This document shows, piece after piece, positions 30,906 through 41,384 of a stretch of DNA of 64,000 bases; within the stretch, counting starts at the first letter, position 1, and the number at the start of each line of letters is the position of its first letter. The notes beneath the pieces were generated by a model. The model did not search any database, was not told the origin of the DNA, and saw only the letters and a list, made by a program, of their open reading frames with translations. Origin of the DNA: an uncultured delta proteobacterium. GTDB taxonomy: Bacteria > Desulfobacterota > BSN033 > UBA1163. The translations under genes were made by a program, and so were the position numbers. The DNA lies in NCBI GenBank assembly GCA_963708295.1, contig CAVPSJ010000013.1:160001-224000 (forward strand), given 5' to 3'.

Positions 30906-31025
30906 ATGTTCGTTCTTCCTCCGAATACTATACTGCTTATCTGCGCCGCAATCGTTTTCGCAATCGTAGGATTCGTCATCTACGGGTTCGTAAAAGGCTT
31001 CGAAAAGTTTTTCCCCAACGAATAA
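30906..31025 (+). CDS. 39-aa single-TM small protein
   Basis: Own translation MFVLPPNTILLICAAIVFAIVGFVIYGFVKGFEKFFPNE; purine-rich RBS; below the ORF-track length cutoff. Confidence 0.5.
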   Translation: MFVLPPNTILLICAAIVFAIVGFVIYGFVKGFEKFFPNE

Positions 31026-31072
31026 GGCTACTCCGTTCCGAAGATCGACCCCTCCTCCCCAAGGAGAAAACC

Positions 31073-31318
31073 CTAAATCAGATCGCCTAAGCGATCGGCG
31101 ACCCATTTGGCGAGGTCCTTGGCTTTGTTTGTGTCCCAGTAAGGACTTGCATTGCCTCCGTTTTCTAATTGCAGCAGATATTTTTTCCCGCCTTTCTGCG
31201 GGTTAAATCCGATGATAGCCACGCCGCCGCCGAAAATCTCGGGGATGTTGAATTTCAATGACTCCCCCTCTTTGAGTTCTTCCATCTTGTCGATGATGTC
31301 ATCCTGACTGAGTTTCAT
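31073..31318 (-). CDS. Hypothetical protein
   Basis: 81 aa, strong RBS ggaggagg, protein-like composition. Confidence 0.7.
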   Translation of the reverse strand: MKLSQDDIIDKMEELKEGESLKFNIPEIFGGGVAIIGFNPQKGGKKYLLQLENGGNASPYWDTNKAKDLAKWVADRLGDLI

Positions 31319-31498
31319 GTCCTCCTCCAGAATTAGATTAAAGGGGTTTTATCCCCTGAAAATTCATGGTCGGAAACGTACCAGGTAATTAACCGTATGT
31401 CAAGAGCCAGACGACCATGAAGGGTCCCCTCACCTCGGTTGCGAGCCGAAGCGACCTTATCCCTCTCTCGCAAGGAGAGGGGGTGGGGGAAGGGGAAT

Positions 31499-32455
31499 CT
31501 ATGTGTTCTTCTTATACCATTCTACAAATCGTTTAATACCCTCCTCCATCTTTACTCTAGGTTGATATTTCAGCATCCGTTTTGCTTTGGTGATATCCGC
31601 ATAGGTGACAGAGACATCGCCGGGCTGTGGCTCTAACATTTCGATATTTGCTTTCTTGCCGAATGCTTTCTCAATCAATTGGATCAATTCCTTCAAGGAA
31701 GTGGTCTGGGATTCTCCGAGATTGTAAATCTCAAAGCCTTTATGATAACGGATCACGCCAAGGATCCCGTCAATGAGATCATCGATATAGGTGTAATCCC
31801 TCCTGGAAGAGCCGTCGCCATAAATCGGGATTTTTTCGCGTTGATCTATCAAGCGCGCAAATTTATGAATCGCCATCTCAGGCCTCTGCCTCGGTCCATA
31901 GGCTGTGAAGAATCTCAGGCAGGCGATATTCATTCGGTAAAGATAGTGATAAGAATAAGAAAGGAGTTCTCCAGCCCGTTTGGTTGCTCCGTAAGGGGAG
32001 ATGGGCTGGATATCGAGATCTTCTTCCGTAAAGGGGACCCGCTGGTTTTCTCCGTAAACCGAGGAAGAAGAGGCAAAGAGGAAGTCCTTGATTCCATGCG
32101 CTTTGCAGGATTCCAGAAGGACGACGGTTCCACGGATGTTGACATCCTGGTAAAGAAGGGGGTCGGAGATGGAAGGCCTGACCCCCGCCCTGGCAGCCAG
32201 ATGGACGACAAAGTCAATTTGGTTCTTTTGGAAAACTCCCTTCAGGTGATCAGGGTTTCGAATATCTCCCGTGACAAGCTCAAACCGTTTCGGAAACTTC
32301 TTTTTCACGCCCTCCACGTTCTTGATCTTTATACTCGGATCATAAAAGCTGTCAAAGTTGTCGAGGCAAATCACTCTGGCTCCGTCACTTAAGAGACGTT
32401 CACAAAGATGAGAGCCAATGAATCCTGCTCCGCCCGTCACTAAAATATGATTCAT
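31499..32455 (-). CDS. NAD-dependent epimerase (UDP-glucuronate 4-epimerase-like)
   Basis: TGGAGFIG, HLAARAGVRPS, ASSSSVYG, YGATK, YGPRQRPEMA. Confidence 0.92.
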   Translation of the reverse strand: MNHILVTGGAGFIGSHLCERLLSDGARVICLDNFDSFYDPSIKIKNVEGVKKKFPKRFELVTGDIRNPDHLKGVFQKNQIDFVVHLAARAGVRPSISDPLLYQDVNIRGTVVLLESCKAHGIKDFLFASSSSVYGENQRVPFTEEDLDIQPISPYGATKRAGELLSYSYHYLYRMNIACLRFFTAYGPRQRPEMAIHKFARLIDQREKIPIYGDGSSRRDYTYIDDLIDGILGVIRYHKGFEIYNLGESQTTSLKELIQLIEKAFGKKANIEMLEPQPGDVSVTYADITKAKRMLKYQPRVKMEEGIKRFVEWYKKNT

Positions 32456-32523
32456 AATTTTTCCAGCCCAAATTTAATACAAACGCATTAAGTATTATTA
32501 CACCAAGAGCATCACCCCTCACC

Positions 32524-33714
32524 CTACCCCTCTCCCCGCCGGGGAGAGGGGAGGGTGAGGGGTAGAGGATATTTTACCAATAAAGTCAGAGCGCCTGCAA
32601 TGAGAGGCAGCACAAACACTGCTTTGATTGCCATCGGCACACCCCAGGTATCTGCGATGACTCCGAGGAGCGTTACCCCGATGCCCCCTGCGCTGATGGT
32701 AAACCCGACCATCATACCGGAGGCCATTCCAAGATGTTGAGGAAGGAGGGCCTGCCCCATGACGGCCGTGAGGGCGAATGAAGAGATCAACACGAGCCCG
32801 GACATTCCCAGAAAGATAAAAGCCGTTAGACCCCTGCTGTAGTAAAAGAGGAGAAGGAGAGGGAAGGACAGGATCAAGGTGGTCAACAGGAATTGTTTAT
32901 GACCCCATCGATCGGCTATCGGAGCCCCCAGGAGTGCGCCGAAAACACCTGCCATGAGGAAGGTGGTGACGAGTTTCCCGGCGTAGAGAGGGTTCCCTTT
33001 AAGATAATTGATGTAATAGAAAGGGATGTAGGCTACCAATCCGGCTGAGATCCACGCTCGAATCGTGGCGATGGTGACGAGAAGGGAGAACGAGGTCAAT
33101 TGATTTCTGGAGAGGGGCGCTTTGATCACCTTCCTGGCCTCTCTGTGAGCAGCCTGGGCAGGGGCGTTGAGAGTGGACATGTTGAAGAACAAGATGGCGG
33201 CCATGAAAATTCCCGGCAGGATCAAGCTCAACATTCCCTTTGGGCCGTAGGAAGTCACGAGGGTAAGTGCCATCATCGGACCGATGGCAATCCCAAAGTT
33301 CCCGCCCACTGCAAAGAATGACATGCCCGTTGCCTTTTTCTCACCCGTAAAATAGTGGGCTGTCTTGAATCCTTCCGGATGAAAACTGGCAATCCCGATA
33401 CCGGTGACAATGACACAAACCAGGAGGAGAGGGTAATCGGAAACGAGACCCGTCAGCGCCAATCCGAGACAGGCGACGAGAGGGGCCAGAGGGAGAAGCC
33501 ATCCGAAAGGATGTCTGTCTGAAAGATGCCCAAATACGGGCTGAATAATCGAAGAGGTGAGATTTGCGGTCAGGAGGATAACCCCTGACATCGTATAGGA
33601 AAGGCCAAAAGCCTCTTTGAAGAATGGGAGAAGAGCAGGCAGAGCCCCTTGATTGATATCCGTGACGAGATGGGCAGCGCTGAGAATGGCCAACGCCTTC
33701 TTGTTGAGTGGCAT
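32524..33714 (-). CDS. MFS transporter (Fsr / fosmidomycin-resistance-like)
   Basis: HLVTD, QPVFGHLSDR, FHPEG, GGNFG; last residues are encoded by a REP palindrome (32515-32562). Confidence 0.9.
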   Translation of the reverse strand: MPLNKKALAILSAAHLVTDINQGALPALLPFFKEAFGLSYTMSGVILLTANLTSSIIQPVFGHLSDRHPFGWLLPLAPLVACLGLALTGLVSDYPLLLVCVIVTGIGIASFHPEGFKTAHYFTGEKKATGMSFFAVGGNFGIAIGPMMALTLVTSYGPKGMLSLILPGIFMAAILFFNMSTLNAPAQAAHREARKVIKAPLSRNQLTSFSLLVTIATIRAWISAGLVAYIPFYYINYLKGNPLYAGKLVTTFLMAGVFGALLGAPIADRWGHKQFLLTTLILSFPLLLLFYYSRGLTAFIFLGMSGLVLISSFALTAVMGQALLPQHLGMASGMMVGFTISAGGIGVTLLGVIADTWGVPMAIKAVFVLPLIAGALTLLVKYPLPLTLPSPRRGEG

Positions 33715-33819
33715 CTTTTTCCCTTTTATAAAGGATCATTATTGATAATCACCCTCCCTTTGTCAAATCGAATTTATTGCGGGAAACATGAAATAGCTTA
33801 CACTCCGACGCCCAGAAAA

Positions 33820-33900
33820 TGTCATTGCGAGCCCGGGGGGCGCGGCAATCTCATTGTTCTGGTTGAGATTGCTTCGTCGCTGGAGGCTCCTCGCAATGAC
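33820..33900. repeat. GTCATTGCGAG palindromic element, empty copy
   Basis: tgtcattgcgagc..gcaatctca-(10 nt)-tgagattgcttcg..ctcgcaatgac. Confidence 0.8.
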
Positions 33901-34018
33901 CCACAGGGGGCCAATGCAAACAATAATAAGCTCCAGGTGGTAAGTGGCAAAGAGGAACAAACCCCGCTTGATTAGACATTTGATTTTTTTTTGATTATGA
34001 TAAGTGGCGGAGGAGAAT

Positions 34019-34792
34019 ATGAAAATCGCCATTTCAGGAAAGGGTGGAGTAGGGAAGACGACCCTCGCAGGAGTCCTGGCGAGAATCCTGGCACATCGGG
34101 GCCGAAAGGTCCTTGCCATTGATGCTGACCCCGATTCGAACCTGGCTTCAGCTATCGGCCTTCCGAAAGAAATTCTTGCCAAACTGTCACCCATTGCTTC
34201 AATGACTTCCATGATTGAGGAAAGGACCGGTGCGAAAAAGGGAAGCTACGGGACGATGTTCAAACTCAATCCCAAAGTAGACGACCTTCCGGATGATATG
34301 GGAGTGAATTATCAAGGGGTCAAGCTCCTTCTCCTGGGCTGTATTCCCCAGGGAGGAGGAGGCTGCTTCTGTCCGGAAAACGTGCTTTTGAAGAATCTGG
34401 TTCGTCATCTTCTCGTTCAGAGGGAGGAAGTCCTGATCATCGATATGGAGGCAGGTCTGGAACACCTCGGAAGAGGGAGCACGGGATATGTGGATGCTCT
34501 CGTCATTGTTGTGGAACCGGGGCAGAGGGCCATCAATACGGCCAAGCAGATCAAGAAGCTGGGAGAGGATCTCCATATCAAGAGAATCATGATCGTGGGA
34601 AACAAAGTGACTTCGGAAGAAGATAGGAGGATTATTGAGGAAAACCTTTCCGATTTTCCGGTGCTGGGCCACATGAGTTTTAATCCCAAGGTTCTTCAGG
34701 CGGACAGAGAAGGGAAATCTCCCTTCGACATCGATGAAAAAATTAAGGAAGAAGTGGGTGCCATCCTGACGGAGTTGGAAAAAAGGATTTAA
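34019..34792 (+). CDS. cooC: CO dehydrogenase nickel-insertion ATPase CooC
   Basis: KIAISGKGGVGKTT, DADP, GGGGCFCPEN, DMEAGLEHLGRG. Confidence 0.88.
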   Translation: MKIAISGKGGVGKTTLAGVLARILAHRGRKVLAIDADPDSNLASAIGLPKEILAKLSPIASMTSMIEERTGAKKGSYGTMFKLNPKVDDLPDDMGVNYQGVKLLLLGCIPQGGGGCFCPENVLLKNLVRHLLVQREEVLIIDMEAGLEHLGRGSTGYVDALVIVVEPGQRAINTAKQIKKLGEDLHIKRIMIVGNKVTSEEDRRIIEENLSDFPVLGHMSFNPKVLQADREGKSPFDIDEKIKEEVGAILTELEKRI

Positions 34793-34808
34793 TCAATGAG
34801 AGCGAAGA

Positions 34809-35183
34809 TGTCATTGCGAGCATAGCGAAGCAATCTCAATTTAATTACGTTGATCTACACGTGGAGGAGAAACAATACTGTGTCTACATAATGACGAACA
34901 AAAACAATACCGTGCTATATACAGGCGTTACCAACGATTTAAGAAGAAGAGTGGCTGAGCACAAGACAAAAATGATTAAAGGTTTTACAAAAAAATACAA
35001 TATTGACAAACTTGTGTATTATGAAGTTTCGCAAAACGTTGAAAGTGCAATCTTGAGAGAAAAACAAATTAAGGGTGGTTCCAGGTCTAGGAAGATTAGA
35101 CTAATTAATAATATGAATCCGACGTGGGATGATCTGTATGATGGCTTATATTGAGATTGCTTCGCCTTCGGCTCGCAATGACA
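34809..35183. mobile_element. Candidate mobile unit: GIY-YIG gene bracketed by GTCATTGCGAG inverted repeats
   Basis: Left arm 34809-34840 and right arm 35150-35183 are reverse complements apart from a short inner variable segment; AT-rich cargo. Confidence 0.6.
34861..35154 (+). CDS. Stand-alone GIY-YIG nuclease (UPF0213-like)
   Basis: YCVYIMTN..LYTGVTNDL.RRV.EH..FTKKY..LVYYE..AI.REKQIK..NPTW.DL. Confidence 0.92.
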   Translation: MEEKQYCVYIMTNKNNTVLYTGVTNDLRRRVAEHKTKMIKGFTKKYNIDKLVYYEVSQNVESAILREKQIKGGSRSRKIRLINNMNPTWDDLYDGLY

Positions 35184-35203
35184 ACTAGAGCATAAGTACT
35201 CAT

Positions 35204-35920
35204 ATGATTCGTACAATCTTTGTTTGGTCTTGTATTGTCGTCGCCACATTGGTCCTCGGGATGTTTACTTTTGTCAGCTATCTCTTTGACCGAAAGGGAA
35301 GAGTGGGTCATTATTTTGCAAGACTCTGGGGAAAAGCGGCTCTCCTGGCCAACCGGGTGAAGGTCAGGGTAGAAGGGACGGAGCACCTGGATGGAAAAGG
35401 TCCCTATATCTTCATGTCCAACCACCAGGGCTATTATGACATCTTTACTTTGTTGAGCCATCTTCCTTATCAGTTTAAATGGTTAGCCAAAAAAGAACTC
35501 TTTTCCGTTCCTTTCTTAGGCTGGACGATGGCCGCCGTAGGCTATATCAGTATTGACCGGGGAGGAACTCGGGACACGGTGGAGGCCATGAACGAGGCGG
35601 CTCAGAAGATTCGAGACGGGATGTCCGTGGTCATCTTTCCCGAAGGTTCAAGAAGTCCGGATGGTTCGATCCAGCCTTTCAAAAAAGGGGGATTCACCCT
35701 GGCGATTAAGTCGAAGGTCCCGATCGTTCCCATTGCGATCAGCGGAAGCCGGGACATTATACCAAAGGATAGATTGACCGTCACTGCCGGAGAGATTCGA
35801 ATGTTCGTGGGTCCCCCCATCGAGATCCAGCATTATTCCCTGAAGGACAGGGAGTCCTTGATGAGGAAAGTGAGAGAAACGATTTCCGAGAATTTTAGGC
35901 TGATCTCTCAAAAAGAGTAG
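35204..35920 (+). CDS. plsC: 1-acyl-sn-glycerol-3-phosphate acyltransferase
   Basis: NHQGYYD, AKKEL, IDR, FPEGSRS, FKKGGF. Confidence 0.9.
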   Translation: MIRTIFVWSCIVVATLVLGMFTFVSYLFDRKGRVGHYFARLWGKAALLANRVKVRVEGTEHLDGKGPYIFMSNHQGYYDIFTLLSHLPYQFKWLAKKELFSVPFLGWTMAAVGYISIDRGGTRDTVEAMNEAAQKIRDGMSVVIFPEGSRSPDGSIQPFKKGGFTLAIKSKVPIVPIAISGSRDIIPKDRLTVTAGEIRMFVGPPIEIQHYSLKDRESLMRKVRETISENFRLISQKE

Positions 35921-36053
35921 GTACTTCATCGTACCTCCCCTCATGGAGAGGGGCCACCCTCACCCAACTCTCTTCCCTGCCTTCGTCCCGCAAGGCGGAC
36001 TTCGCCCAGGCAGGCGTCAAGGGAGAGGGAGATTTTTAGAACGAGGAAAAACA

Positions 36054-38288
36054 GTGGTAGAGGATACTGTCAAAGAAAAGCTGAAATATGAGATTGTAGG
36101 AATCCTGCTGATTGCCGTAGGGGTCTTTCTCTTCCTGAGTTTGATTTCTTACCATCCCATGGATCCCTCTTTCTTCTCCTATTCCTCCTCAAAGGTCAAG
36201 GGGATTCATAACTGGATGGGGGTCGTTGGAGCCTATCTCTCCGGCCTCCTCTTTCAAAGCTTCGGTTTTCCTTCTTTTTTGATTTCTTTCGTTCTGGTTT
36301 TCTTCGCCATCAGTTTTATTTTCAGGTGGGAGTGGAAATACTTGTCTTTAAAAGTCGCGGGTTGGGCGGTGATGCTCATCAGCACGTCTTCCTTCTTTGG
36401 TTTATGGTTGAGCCCCATCCGCATCTATAGTCAGGACGTCTTAATGGGAGGGTTCGTCGGAGAGATTTTTTCAAGAAACTTTGTTCGATACTTCAATCGT
36501 CCGGGAGCGACCGTCCTTTTGTTGATGATTTTGATCCTTTCATTTGTTCTGGGGACAGGGATCTCCTTCATCTCTCTCCTGAAGCATTCAGGGGAGATGT
36601 TTCAACGACTGATTGAAAAGTTGGTGACGTTCAAAATGGTGAGAAGGGAAGGGGCGGAGAGAGAAAAGAAATTGGTGAAGCAGAAGCAAGAGAAAAAAGA
36701 AACGAGGGAGACTCCCCCCACCGTCGTCGTAGAGAAACCCTCTCTTCCTTCGAAAAGAGAGGAGGAGATGAAACAGGAGGCGTTTGAATTCTTACAGTCC
36801 TCGAAAACCTTTCAGCTCCCTCCCATTTCTTTGCTCGAAGCCGAGACAGAGAAAAGGCAGAAGATTGACCGGGAGAGTCTGATCATGAATTCCCGTATCC
36901 TGGAGAAGAAACTCCTGGATTACGGGGTGGAAGGAAAGGTAGTCGAGGTGAGGCCCGGGCCCGTGATTACGGTGTATGAATTCGAGCCGGCCCCCGGCGT
37001 GAAGGTCAGCCGGATTGTCAACCTGGCGGATGACCTGGCTCTGGCGTTGAGTGCCCTGTCGATTCGTATCGTCGCTCCCATTCCTGGCAAGGCGGTCGTG
37101 GGCATTGAAGTTCCAAACAAAAACAGGGAAACCGTCTTCCTCAAAGAAATCATCGATTCCGATCCGTTCCGAGCTTTTAAATCGAAACTCTCTTTTGGGC
37201 TGGGAAAGGATATTTCAGGAGAGTCTTTTGTCGTCGATCTTGCCAGAATGCCCCATCTCCTGGTCGCCGGATCGACAGGCTCCGGGAAGAGTGTTTCCAT
37301 CAATGCCATGATCTGCAGTATCCTCTTCAAGGCCACCCCCGACGAGGTTCGTTTCCTCATGATCGACCCTAAGATGCTGGAGCTCTCCGATTATGAAGGG
37401 ATCCCACATTTGCTTCTGCCCGTGGTAACCCATCCGAAAAAAGCGGCTGCCGCCCTCCGGTGGCTGGTGGTAGAGATGGAACGGCGATACACGGTTTTAG
37501 CCGAAAAAGGAGTAAGAAATATCGATCATTATCATCAACGGATGGGGAAGGAACTGAAAGAGAGAGGGAAGGTTTATAGGCGAAAAGGGGATGCTTTAGA
37601 GGGAAACGAGGAGAAGGTCGCTGAGCCGATGGAAAGGCTTGCTTATATCGTGGTGGTGATCGATGAATTGGCAGACCTGATGATGACCTCTTCGAAGGAC
37701 GTGGAGGAATCGATCACGCGGATCGCGCAGATGGCACGGGCGGTGGGCATTCATCTTTTGCTTGCCACGCAGCGGCCTTCTGTGGATGTGCTCACCGGAA
37801 TTATCAAGGCAAACTTTCCCGCACGGATTTCGTTTCAGGTGACCTCGAAGGTGGACTCTCGAACGATTCTCGACACCATCGGAGCGGAACACCTTCTGGG
37901 AGCCGGGGATATGCTCTTCCTTCCGCCCGGCAGCTCGAAGCTGACGCGTCTTCACGGGGCTTATGTCTCAAGCCCGGAGATCAAACGGGTTGTTGAATTC
38001 TGGAAACAACAAGGGAAGCCTTCTTATTTGGATCCCTCGGTTCTTGCCGAGGTGAAAAAGGAAAAGGAGGCCGCAGGAGAAGAGGAGGCGGAATACGACG
38101 AGAAGTATGATGAGGCAGTGGCCTTTGTCGCTGAGATCGGACAGGCCTCCATCTCGCTTATTCAAAGGAGATTTCGAATCGGTTATAATCGAGCGGCCCG
38201 CATCGTCGAGAAGATGGAGCAGGAAGGAGTAGTCGGACCTTCCGACGGGGTCAAGGCCAGAGAGGTGCTGGTCAAAAAAATTGAATAA
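36054..38288 (+). CDS. ftsK: DNA translocase FtsK
   Basis: N-terminal TM domain, PHLLVAGSTGSGKS, DELADLM, ATQRPS, gamma domain IQRRFRIGYNRAAR; GTG start at 36054 (the upstream ORF extension is repeat-derived). Confidence 0.95.
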   Translation: MVEDTVKEKLKYEIVGILLIAVGVFLFLSLISYHPMDPSFFSYSSSKVKGIHNWMGVVGAYLSGLLFQSFGFPSFLISFVLVFFAISFIFRWEWKYLSLKVAGWAVMLISTSSFFGLWLSPIRIYSQDVLMGGFVGEIFSRNFVRYFNRPGATVLLLMILILSFVLGTGISFISLLKHSGEMFQRLIEKLVTFKMVRREGAEREKKLVKQKQEKKETRETPPTVVVEKPSLPSKREEEMKQEAFEFLQSSKTFQLPPISLLEAETEKRQKIDRESLIMNSRILEKKLLDYGVEGKVVEVRPGPVITVYEFEPAPGVKVSRIVNLADDLALALSALSIRIVAPIPGKAVVGIEVPNKNRETVFLKEIIDSDPFRAFKSKLSFGLGKDISGESFVVDLARMPHLLVAGSTGSGKSVSINAMICSILFKATPDEVRFLMIDPKMLELSDYEGIPHLLLPVVTHPKKAAAALRWLVVEMERRYTVLAEKGVRNIDHYHQRMGKELKERGKVYRRKGDALEGNEEKVAEPMERLAYIVVVIDELADLMMTSSKDVEESITRIAQMARAVGIHLLLATQRPSVDVLTGIIKANFPARISFQVTSKVDSRTILDTIGAEHLLGAGDMLFLPPGSSKLTRLHGAYVSSPEIKRVVEFWKQQGKPSYLDPSVLAEVKKEKEAAGEEEAEYDEKYDEAVAFVAEIGQASISLIQRRFRIGYNRAARIVEKMEQEGVVGPSDGVKAREVLVKKIE

Positions 38289-38562
38289 GACAATGGGGGG
38301 ATCAAAGGATCTCCGGATCCGTAAAATTCCAAAGTTTACCAGTTACCAAGGAATCCATAATAAAGAAGACATAGGGTTCAGAAAATCTCCCCTCGCCCCT
38401 CTCCTTCGACAAGCTCAGGAGGTGAGCCTCGTCGAACCATTTGCGAAATCCCGCGAAAGGCGGGACCTTTTGTAAAGCCTGCCTGCCGGTAGGCAGGGGA
38501 GGGAAGGAGGGGTTTGTTCCTGGGTGTCTGTATAATTATGGACTGATTAATGAAATAAGAGG

Positions 38563-39279
38563 TTGACGACAATGGGAAAAATATTCTTGGTGAGCTTTTC
38601 TGTGTTAATGCTGTATCCTCTGGTTCTCCATCCGGTGGCTTTTTGCACAACTGGCCAGGAGGTATTGAACGAGATCCAAAACCGGTATGAAAAAACGAAC
38701 GACTTCGAAGCCAGCTTCATTCAGGAGTATATCGGCAAGGGGATGAGACAGTCGAGCCGGGGTGAAGGAAAGGTCTATTTCAAGAAGAAGGGGATGATGC
38801 GGTGGGACTATACGGTTCCGAATCAGAAGCTCATATCGGATGGCCACACCCTTTGGTACTATCAGCCCGACGAAAAGCAAGTTCTTGTCTCCGATGTCTC
38901 AAGCCTCCTCAAAGAGAAGACCCCCCTGGCCTTCTTAGCCGGGGAGGGAAATCTCAGCCGGGACTTTAACTTCCTCAACCTGAATGAATCCGTCTCTGAA
39001 AAAGAGGATAACTACGTCATCGAGTTGACCCCGAAAGAGCCCATGGGGACTCTGTCAAAGTTGGTTCTGACGGCCGATAAGAAGACCTACACCGTCCTTC
39101 AGACCGATGTCTTTGACGGATTGGGAAATTTAACACGAACCCGTTTCATCAACATCAAGACGAACGTGGGCGTCTCTCCATCCTTGTTTCAATTTGTCGC
39201 TCCGCCCGGGGCAGAAGTTATCAAGATGCAGGGACCCTCAACCCCTGCATCCGGCGGAAAAGGGCCGGGTAAAAAATAG
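38563..39279 (+). CDS. lolA: Outer-membrane lipoprotein carrier LolA
   Basis: Signal peptide, F.Q, GMMRWDY, SDG.TLWYY; ftsK-lolA synteny. Confidence 0.88.
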   Translation: MTTMGKIFLVSFSVLMLYPLVLHPVAFCTTGQEVLNEIQNRYEKTNDFEASFIQEYIGKGMRQSSRGEGKVYFKKKGMMRWDYTVPNQKLISDGHTLWYYQPDEKQVLVSDVSSLLKEKTPLAFLAGEGNLSRDFNFLNLNESVSEKEDNYVIELTPKEPMGTLSKLVLTADKKTYTVLQTDVFDGLGNLTRTRFINIKTNVGVSPSLFQFVAPPGAEVIKMQGPSTPASGGKGPGKK

Positions 39280-39359
39280 TTTGGGTCAGAAATTTCCTCT
39301 CACCTTCCCCTCTCCCCAGCGGGGAGAGGGAGGGGGTGAGGGGGATTTGAATTGTTTCT

Positions 39360-40205
39360 ATGCCTCTCTTCAAGACAAACGCCATCGTTATTCGATCCAC
39401 AAACTACGGTGAGTCCGACAAGATCGTCACCTTCTTCACGAGGGATTTCGGAAAGCTGAAGGGAATTGCCAAAGGGGCGAGGAGGAGCAGGAAACGGTTT
39501 CAGAATGCCCTGGGCCTTTTTTCCCATCTTCGCCTCCGCTTCTTCGATAAGGAAGGCATGGGGTTGGTGAGGGCGGAGGGTTGTGATATCCTCCACTCTT
39601 TTCCAAAAATCAGGGAGAACCTCAAGAAAATTCTTTATGGAAACTATTATCTTGAATTAGCAAACGAGATGGCCGGTGAGCGGGAAGGGAATCGAGAAGT
39701 CTTCGAGCTTCTTTTGTCCTTTTTGTTGGATCTTGAAGAGACGGAACCGCAGGAGGAACATTTGAGACTTTTTGAGATCCGGATGCTCTCTCTCTTCGGC
39801 TACCGGCCCAATATGGCAAGATGTAACTTATGTAAGAAAGATTGGGAGGATTTGAAAGAGATCCCGGGAGTTTATTTCTCCCTTGAGAAAGGGGCTCTGG
39901 TTTGCGAAGCGTGCTCGAAGGCATGGAATCATCTCATCCCTTTTTCCTTAGGAACGGCCAGATTGATAGAAAAGATCTCCCAGATGGAATTGAATAAGAT
40001 TGAACGGTTGAAATTCACCCAGCAGTCCTTATCCGAGAGTCGGGAGATTCTCCCCAGGTTTATCAGTTATCAATTAGGAAAAGAATTGAAATCGCTGAGA
40101 ACCCTAGGGGATATAGAAGGGCGATCTAAATTCGAAGCACGAAATCCGAAATTCGAAACAAGCACGAATTCTCAAAATACAAATGACCCAAACAAATATG
40201 AATAG
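39360..40205 (+). CDS. recO: DNA repair protein RecO with repeat-derived C-terminal tail
   Basis: YGESDKIVTFFT..GK..AKGARRS; Zn finger CNLC/CEAC; recO-glyQ synteny. Confidence 0.92.
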   Translation: MPLFKTNAIVIRSTNYGESDKIVTFFTRDFGKLKGIAKGARRSRKRFQNALGLFSHLRLRFFDKEGMGLVRAEGCDILHSFPKIRENLKKILYGNYYLELANEMAGEREGNREVFELLLSFLLDLEETEPQEEHLRLFEIRMLSLFGYRPNMARCNLCKKDWEDLKEIPGVYFSLEKGALVCEACSKAWNHLIPFSLGTARLIEKISQMELNKIERLKFTQQSLSESREILPRFISYQLGKELKSLRTLGDIEGRSKFEARNPKFETSTNSQNTNDPNKYE

Positions 40206-40381
40206 TTTGGAATTTCGAAATTTGATATTTGGATTAGTTTCGGGCTTCGATGTTCGAATTTCGAGTTTGCGGTTTACTCTGGGTTGACATCCGAGATGCA
40301 AAAGTGCTACACCCTACTCCGTCTCCCCCTCCCTCTCCCCGCCGGGGAGAGGGGAAGGGTGAGGGGCCGATAACGGGGGGC

Positions 40382-41275
40382 ATGATGAATTATCAGGAAT
40401 TGATTTTTGCGTTAGAGCGATTCTGGGCGAATCAGGGGTGTGTGATTCAGCAGCCCTATGATACCGAAGTGGGAGCCGGAACTTTTCATCCGGCGACCTT
40501 TCTCAGGTCTCTCGGTCCTGAGCCGTGGAGAGTGGCCTATGTTGAACCTTCCCGCCGCCCCACCGACGGCCGATACGGCGAGAACCCGAACCGGCTCCAA
40601 CATTATTATCAATACCAGGTGATCATGAAGCCGTCTCCCCTTGATATTCAAGACATCTATCTCAATAGCTTAAAGGCCTTCGGAATCGATCCCCTTGACC
40701 ATGACATCCGGTTCGTTGAAGATGACTGGGAATCCCCGACGCTGGGCGCGTGGGGGCTGGGGTGGGAGGTCTGGCTGGATGGTATGGAGATCACCCAGTT
40801 CACGTATTTTCAACAGACAGGCGGCATCGAACTGAGCCCCATCCCGGTGGAGATCACCTACGGGACTGAAAGAATCGCGATGTATCTTCAGGCGGTGGAT
40901 AATGTTTATGACCTGGAGTGGGTAAAGGGAGTAACATACGGGGATGTCCACCACCAGGGGGAAGTCGAATTCTCGCGATATAATTTCGAAGAGGCCGATG
41001 TAGAGATGCTCTTCCGGCTCTTTGAGATGTTTGAAAAAGAATCGAAGAGGATGGCTGAAAAAGGGTTGGTCCTTCCGGCATACGATTACTGCTTGAAGAC
41101 ATCCCATGTTTTCAACCTTCTCGATGCCCGGGGTGCGATCAGCGTGACCGAACGGGTGGGGTACATCCTGCGGGTGAGGACGTTGGCGAGACTCTGCGCG
41201 GAAGGGTATCTCAAGCAGAGAGAAGAGATGGGGTTTCCGCTGATGAGACAGAAGGCGGAAAGCAGTAGGCAGTAA
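40382..41275 (+). CDS. glyQ: Glycine-tRNA ligase alpha subunit
   Basis: [34 protein letters not shown]. Confidence 0.97.
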   Translation: MMNYQELIFALERFWANQGCVIQQPYDTEVGAGTFHPATFLRSLGPEPWRVAYVEPSRRPTDGRYGENPNRLQHYYQYQVIMKPSPLDIQDIYLNSLKAFGIDPLDHDIRFVEDDWESPTLGAWGLGWEVWLDGMEITQFTYFQQTGGIELSPIPVEITYGTERIAMYLQAVDNVYDLEWVKGVTYGDVHHQGEVEFSRYNFEEADVEMLFRLFEMFEKESKRMAEKGLVLPAYDYCLKTSHVFNLLDARGAISVTERVGYILRVRTLARLCAEGYLKQREEMGFPLMRQKAESSRQ

Positions 41276-41317
41276 GCAGTAGCGAGTGGAGTGCGTCAAA
41301 AGTCTTTTTAGTTTGAT

Positions 41318-41384
41318 TGTCATTCCGGGCTTGACCCGGAATCCAGGGTTTCTGGACTGGATTCCTGCTTTCGCGGGAATGACA
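41318..41384. repeat. GTCATTCC-type palindromic element; second copy at 245-352
   Basis: tgtcattccgggcttgacccggaatccag..ctggattcctgctttcgcgggaatgaca. Confidence 0.8.

Noticed and set aside
35943-36053. N-terminal extensions of ftsK (also glyQ 40250 and glcD 16427) in the ORF track
   Set aside because: They translate intergenic repeats; better RBS/start pairs lie downstream.
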